Made by a program: the position numbers and the translations under genes. Below, piece by piece: positions 31,624 to 35,013 of a DNA stretch of 35,013 nucleotides (position 1 is its first letter; each line of letters opens with the position of its first letter). The notes beneath the pieces were generated by a model, which was not told where the DNA came from, searched no databases, and saw only the letters and a program-made list of their open reading frames with translations. The stretch comes from a virus. The stretch is taken from the IMG/VR virus record IMGVR_UViG_3300044679_000086. The stretch is one strand, 5' to 3'.

Positions 31624-32271
31624 TTATACAATGGTTAAATTTCCTTGTGGAGCAACGAGGGCTTGCCATCCAAAATTTGCTTGCACACATAAGAGCTCTA
31701 TAGAATCATATTGATTAGTGGATGATACACTTCCGCCTATTCCTATAGTTGATGAAGAGGAGCCAACAACTATTTTTTGCCCAGCATTTTGAGTAATTGT
31801 CCATCCTCCAGCAGCATTCCCAACAACATTTATTTTATCTCCAAAATTACTTGATAGTGGCAAAACAAATGTAGTTAGGGGCACATTTGTGTCTAAATAA
31901 CCGTAATTGCTAACCATATTTACAGGCGAAGATGTTACAGCAACCCAAGCAAAACTTACCGGATTAAAAGTAGCAATTAAAGTCCAAACTGCTGTTGAAG
32001 AAGTCCCGCTAGTAGTGCAAATAAATAACTGTTTGTCGGTGGTATCCCAGCAAAATTGAAACGTTGTTCCTGCTACTGCTCCATTAGGATTTCCTGCATT
32101 GTAAAGAATAATATTTGATTGAAATAAATTATAAACTTGCTGTAATGTTTGTTGCGTAGAAAGCCCTAAGTTTAATGGACTTGCAACATATCCTTGCACT
32201 GCACAAATAATATCTTGTAAAGTAGATGAGCCCACAGTAGGGAGGCTCGTAAACATTTGTTCTGTAGCCAT
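31624..32271 (-). CDS. Fibre-like / tail-associated protein
   Basis: 215-aa ORF between two fibre-like genes with beta-rich composition. Confidence 0.45.
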   Translation of the reverse strand: MATEQMFTSLPTVGSSTLQDIICAVQGYVASPLNLGLSTQQTLQQVYNLFQSNIILYNAGNPNGAVAGTTFQFCWDTTDKQLFICTTSGTSSTAVWTLIATFNPVSFAWVAVTSSPVNMVSNYGYLDTNVPLTTFVLPLSSNFGDKINVVGNAAGGWTITQNAGQKIVVGSSSSTIGIGGSVSSTNQYDSIELLCVQANFGWQALVAPQGNLTIV

Positions 32272-32309
32272 CTCAATATCCTTATTGAAAATCTTTGATT
32301 TAGTTTATT

Positions 32310-34316
32310 TTAATTTGTTGTAACGGTACATCCACGTCCAACTAATGTAGCTTTAGCTGCCAATCCTGTAGAACTAGGAGTAGAACTACTTCCTCCTGAT
32401 AAATTAACGGTCAAATTATTATAGGAAGTTGTTCCACCTGTACCATTTAAATTTGCAAGTGAAACCAGAATCCCATCTACGGATGCTTGAGTAAGAGCAG
32501 CATTAGTAATCGTCACATTTCCAGAAATTTTTAAGAGACCACTATTAAATGAAAAAGTAGTTAAGCTTGGCATTGTTAATGTAAAGTTACCTGATGTTTG
32601 TGTTAAAAATGCTGGAAGACTAAAAGTAGTTAAACTTGTAGAGCTTAAACTAAATGTTGCAGTTGTAGTTAATACTGGAAAAGACAATGAAGTAACACTA
32701 TTAAACGTTGCCGCAATATTCCCTATAGTAGTCAATGCTGGAAGACTGAGTGAAGTCACTGCATTCCAAGTCGCTCCAAAAGCAGAAGTTATGGTTACTA
32801 AATTAGGAATGGAAATAGTTGTAGCAGATGCCAAAGTACCACTAAAACTACCACCCACATAAACTAAATCTGGCAAACTATATGTAGTTAAAGAGGCAGC
32901 CGTAAATGTTAAATCTCCTCCTGTTGAGGTTAATGAAGGAAGTGTAAGTGTTGTTAATGCACTCCAATTAGGAGTAAATGATACATCGAAAGTACGCAAT
33001 GAATTAGCTACGAAACTAGTAATGCTCGTTGAATTAAAATTAAATAAACTCCCATTTACCTCGGTTACATTTCCTAAATTTAATGTCAATAAAGAGTTTT
33101 GGCTGGCGTTCATAACCGGAATTACCATAGTAATGCCGCTACCTGAAGAAACACCATTAACATAGGTAGTTGCAGGATAAAATGACCATATTGCAGGACC
33201 ATTAAATGTACCGGTAAAAGTAACATTTGGATTAAGTAAATTGCTTGCAGGAATCCCTGAATCCTGAACTAATCCAGAAGTTCCATTATAGGAGACAAGA
33301 TGTCCTGTAGTTAATGCACCGGTATTTACAGCAACTGTCGCTGTTGATGCACCAGGATCTGGCAAAGACCAAGTAGTAGCTTGCCCAAGACTTGCATTAC
33401 TTAAAACAGCTGCGAAATTTCCACTACTGTTTACTGCAGTTAATGAAAAAGTACCTAAATTAGATCCGGCTGCAAAGGACCTTAAAGTACCTGCAGTTCC
33501 ATTTGTTCCTGCAATAAGATTACCCGCTGTAGATTGTATTGTCCCGGAAGCTGTAAAAGCACCTGAACTTAAACTCAAATTATTAGAAACTATTGTTTGA
33601 TTACCACTTGGAGACAATAAAACAGCGCCAGTTAAATATCCAGGAGCTTGCCACGTGGCATTTCCGCTTGAATCTGAAGTTAATAAGTATCCGGTAGTAG
33701 CACTTCCTAAATTAATCGTTAAAGCACCATTATTTATTCCAGTCCCACCTCGAGAAGGTGATAATTGGCCAGCCCATCCTGCAGTAATCGAAGCCGCATT
33801 AACTAGCGCTGTACTTGGACTTCCTCCTAGCGTCAAGGTCACGTTGGTGTCATTAACCTCAGTTAAAGCAGCGCCCGTAGGTATCTGCGAAGTGGTGGCT
33901 AAGGTACCTGAAGTAGGAAATGTAACAGAGGTAGGTGCTGTCATTGTAAACGTAGATGCAAATGCTCCACTGGTTGTCAATGAGCCGCCTAAAGTAATTG
34001 TTGACCCAGATGCATTAGCAACGCCTGTACCACCTCGAGTTGGACTAAGTGTTCCCGTCCATCCAGCCGTGATTGAAACGGCGTGCAATAATGCCGTTGC
34101 TGGAGTTCCGCCTAATGTTAATGTCACGTTGGTATCATTAACTTCAGTTAATGCCGCAGGGGTAAAAGGTGCGCCAAACTGAGCAGCAAAATTAGCATAA
34201 GTCATCGCGGCATCATTACCAACGCCGTAAGGAGATTGCCCAAAATACATCAAGTCCGTACTGGCATTCGAGGTAATAGGGTTTGTCATATAGACTTGAT
34301 TAATATTCTTGGACAT
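32310..34316 (-). CDS. Large fibre / receptor-binding protein with an internal duplication and a leucine-rich-repeat-like C-terminal domain
   Basis: 668 aa. Residues 54-98 and 149-193 are a near-duplicate (AALTEVNDTNVTLTLGG.P.TAL..A.SITAGW.G.LSP.RGGTG). From residue 454 there are about seven units of 18-25 aa of the type LttxSLPxLttigg.f....ts. Confidence 0.7.
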   Translation of the reverse strand: MSKNINQVYMTNPITSNASTDLMYFGQSPYGVGNDAAMTYANFAAQFGAPFTPAALTEVNDTNVTLTLGGTPATALLHAVSITAGWTGTLSPTRGGTGVANASGSTITLGGSLTTSGAFASTFTMTAPTSVTFPTSGTLATTSQIPTGAALTEVNDTNVTLTLGGSPSTALVNAASITAGWAGQLSPSRGGTGINNGALTINLGSATTGYLLTSDSSGNATWQAPGYLTGAVLLSPSGNQTIVSNNLSLSSGAFTASGTIQSTAGNLIAGTNGTAGTLRSFAAGSNLGTFSLTAVNSSGNFAAVLSNASLGQATTWSLPDPGASTATVAVNTGALTTGHLVSYNGTSGLVQDSGIPASNLLNPNVTFTGTFNGPAIWSFYPATTYVNGVSSGSGITMVIPVMNASQNSLLTLNLGNVTEVNGSLFNFNSTSITSFVANSLRTFDVSFTPNWSALTTLTLPSLTSTGGDLTFTAASLTTYSLPDLVYVGGSFSGTLASATTISIPNLVTITSAFGATWNAVTSLSLPALTTIGNIAATFNSVTSLSFPVLTTTATFSLSSTSLTTFSLPAFLTQTSGNFTLTMPSLTTFSFNSGLLKISGNVTITNAALTQASVDGILVSLANLNGTGGTTSYNNLTVNLSGGSSSTPSSTGLAAKATLVGRGCTVTTN

Positions 34317-34328
34317 AATTGTAATCCT

Positions 34329-34508
34329 TTACAATAAAGTTAAATCTTCTCCATCAAGCAACAAAAAATAAGTGCCATCTAATAATAGAAAATAACCCTC
34401 GATAGGCGGCGGAGGATTCCCTATCTCCAAATCAATTAAAGAAAATACACCTTCGGAGCCAAATCCATAATTAGTATCAAAAAAGAATTGGTCTAATATA
34501 CTTGGCAT
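34329..34508 (-). CDS. Small protein with a tandem YFLLLDG repeat
   Basis: Start moved to MPSILDQ (ATG 34508, 1-nt TAATG overlap with the upstream stop). The sequence ends ...EGYFLLLDGTYFLLLDGEDLTLL. Confidence 0.45.
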   Translation of the reverse strand: MPSILDQFFFDTNYGFGSEGVFSLIDLEIGNPPPPIEGYFLLLDGTYFLLLDGEDLTLL

Positions 34509-34858
34509 TATGTATAACTCACAGGCCACATAACAATACTTACATCAGCTGTTGTCTGCGCTGTAATCACGCTAATATTTGTTCCTGATGTTAAAGTCAA
34601 AGAAGCAGGATTCAATTCTGATGTAGTGGTAGCCAATGTGGCACCTACAGGAACCGAAGCCGTTGCGCCGCTAACATCAACCCAGACATCATTAGGATAA
34701 TATCTAAATGAAACGACCCATAATGGGAAATTAGATGGAACAGTAATACTAGTAGCACTTCCATTGGTTATCGTTGCACTCCACTTATTGATACTAGGAT
34801 AGGGCGCATAACTATTATATCCTTGAACATCACGCCCAAATTGCAATTCTGTAGACAT
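34508..34858 (-). CDS. Small beta-rich virion-module protein
   Basis: 116-aa ORF, the first gene after the 662-aa fibre gene when the circle is closed. Confidence 0.45.
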   Translation of the reverse strand: MSTELQFGRDVQGYNSYAPYPSINKWSATITNGSATSITVPSNFPLWVVSFRYYPNDVWVDVSGATASVPVGATLATTTSELNPASLTLTSGTNISVITAQTTADVSIVMWPVSYT

Positions 34859-34886
34859 ATCGTGTCCTTGTGTTTAATAAATCCCT

Positions 34887-35013
34887 TTTTATCGACATAT
34901 TCTCATGCCATGTTTAAAGCGTCGACCTAATAATTATAATTTAATATACATATTGTAAAATACACCAGGCTGCGTGACATTCATAGGAGCGCTTGAGCCA
35001 GTTGTTCCAGTAT
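34887..35013. repeat. Terminal direct repeat, copy 2 (identical to 1..127)
   Basis: See 1..127. It includes a duplicate of the 3' end of the 662-aa fibre gene. Confidence 0.95.

Noticed and set aside
33738-34157. Possible diversity-generating retroelement (template/variable repeat pair in a fibre gene)
   Set aside because: No reverse transcriptase ORF exists anywhere in the closed genome. The differences between the two repeats involve all base types rather than adenine-specific substitutions.
33655-34182. 175-aa plus-strand ORF
   Set aside because: It is antisense to the repeat-containing part of the 668-aa fibre gene. Its Val/Pro/Ala-rich repeats simply mirror the fibre duplication.

Overview
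The window looks like a complete, circularly closed dsDNA phage genome. Bases 1-127 are identical to 34887-35013, so the unique length is 34,886 bp. All calls come from reading the ORF translations and the DNA by eye, and no database search was run.

About 27 kb on the minus strand is a morphogenesis and lysis block with P22-like gene order. It runs small terminase, tRNA-Asn, large terminase, portal, nine small charged ORFs and a fibre-like protein. It continues with scaffold, P22-type coat, gp4-like adaptor, gp10-like protein, three ejection-protein-sized ORFs, at least six fibre-like genes and a GH108 endolysin. It ends with RusA.

The early region is lambdoid. It holds a Cro-like HTH with overlapping divergent promoters, lambda O-like and P-like replication genes with iterons inside the O-like gene, and a YqaJ exonuclease / RecT-Redbeta annealase / SSB operon. 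I recognised no integrase and no CI-type repressor. The DNA is visibly AT-rich, and the endolysin, RusA and P-like genes point to a Gram-negative host.

The items most worth follow-up are:
- a 141-nt CCA-ending tRNA-like element next to tRNA-Asn, which lacks a normal anticodon arm;
- a two-gene plus-strand cassette (Xis-like HTH plus a triple CCCH zinc-finger protein) set antisense inside the structural operon, preceded by about 10-bp phased ATGTAAA repeats;
- three tandem paralogous tail-anchored membrane proteins plus an Endo VII-type HNH gene, inserted between the gp4-like and gp10-like genes;
- a fibre protein with a leucine-rich-repeat C-terminus;
- a pair of secreted-protein genes arranged like a moron.
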